Below, piece by piece: positions 63,289 through 64,000 of a stretch of DNA of 64,000 nt; position 1 is the stretch's first letter, and each line of letters starts with the position of its first letter. The stretch comes from Antedon mediterranea. Lineage: Eukaryota > Animalia > Echinodermata. Below the pieces are notes generated by a model. The model ran no database searches, was not told the origin of the DNA, and saw nothing but the letters and a program-made list of their open reading frames with translations. The stretch spans positions 20,026,001 through 20,090,000 of the forward strand of contig NC_092674.1 of the NCBI RefSeq assembly GCF_964355755.1, given 5' to 3'. The position numbers were made by a program, and so were the translations under genes.

Positions 63289-64000
63289 CTGAAAGAATGA
63301 AAACAACATATACCACTGACTCAAAGTCGACTATAGGTATACTGTAAATTGAAAACTAATGATTAAAAATTACCGAATCACTGGCTAAATTGACTAACAA
63401 AAGTGCAATCTGAACAACACTGGTTAAATTATCCAAGGCCAACAGTTAAATTAACCGATCTTTCTATGGCCTCAGTAAAACAAACCATTGTGGCTAAAAA
63501 GTCCAAATCAAAATGTGGAAATAAGATAAGCTCCAGTTAATGGCCTTCACAATGCACTTTAATCACAGTTACATTTTGGTAATATCATGGTAAAACTAAC
63601 CAAGTGAAATTATCCGAGTGTGAAAACGGTCAAATTTACTGATGACCTTTGGGAGGTTACGTCAACTTTTAGTAAACCAGTAACCAACTTCAGGAGCCAG
63701 TATGTGCGAGCGCTAAATATCAAACTGATTGCTACTGGTCGTGGTTACCCATACCACACACATGATATAATTCCAAATTTTCAGTTCCGGAGAAACTTAA
63801 TGCAACTACAGTACGTGTACATTAACATATTTTGCGCTACTTTGAGTTGAAGTTTGCGCAGTTGCTCGGACCGCTTATGGCGACACAAATGAGTTGAGTT
63901 CGTATCAGCCCACCTTAAGCAATAATTAATAAAGATGAACAGGAAATAGCTCTAATATTCAGTTCAATTTTTTTTTTTAAATAATACCTACCTGCTCAAT

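Overview
AT-rich eukaryotic (animal) genomic DNA with GT-AG introns. The tRNA/Deu-type SINE, the TAGGCCTA-rich promoters and the gene content suggest a marine invertebrate deuterostome, probably an echinoderm (inference). From left to right: the 3' part of an intact Ty3/Gypsy (Mag-like) LTR retrotransposon; a nest of a MULE-like element with a P-like element inside it; a 9-exon single-domain cobalamin-independent methionine synthase (core-MetE-like) gene (+); RSF1 (-); a secreted C-type-lectin + PAN/Apple gene (-); a short SPRED-type Sprouty-domain gene with no EVH1 domain (+); and two tandem AIFM2/FSP1 paralogs (-). The paralogs are separated by a ~9.8 kb Kolobok-like element holding nested MULE-, Academ-, Penelope-, Helentron- and Harbinger-like insertions. 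The most notable observations are (1) the intron-containing, microbial-type core-MetE enzyme, (2) at least five 14-73 bp CA...TG micro-hairpins with 7-8 bp target duplications that look like P-element excision footprints, (3) an FSP1 copy whose predicted N-terminus is a targeting peptide rather than a myristoylation motif, and (4) the EVH1-less SPRED. All calls were made by eye, with no database searches.
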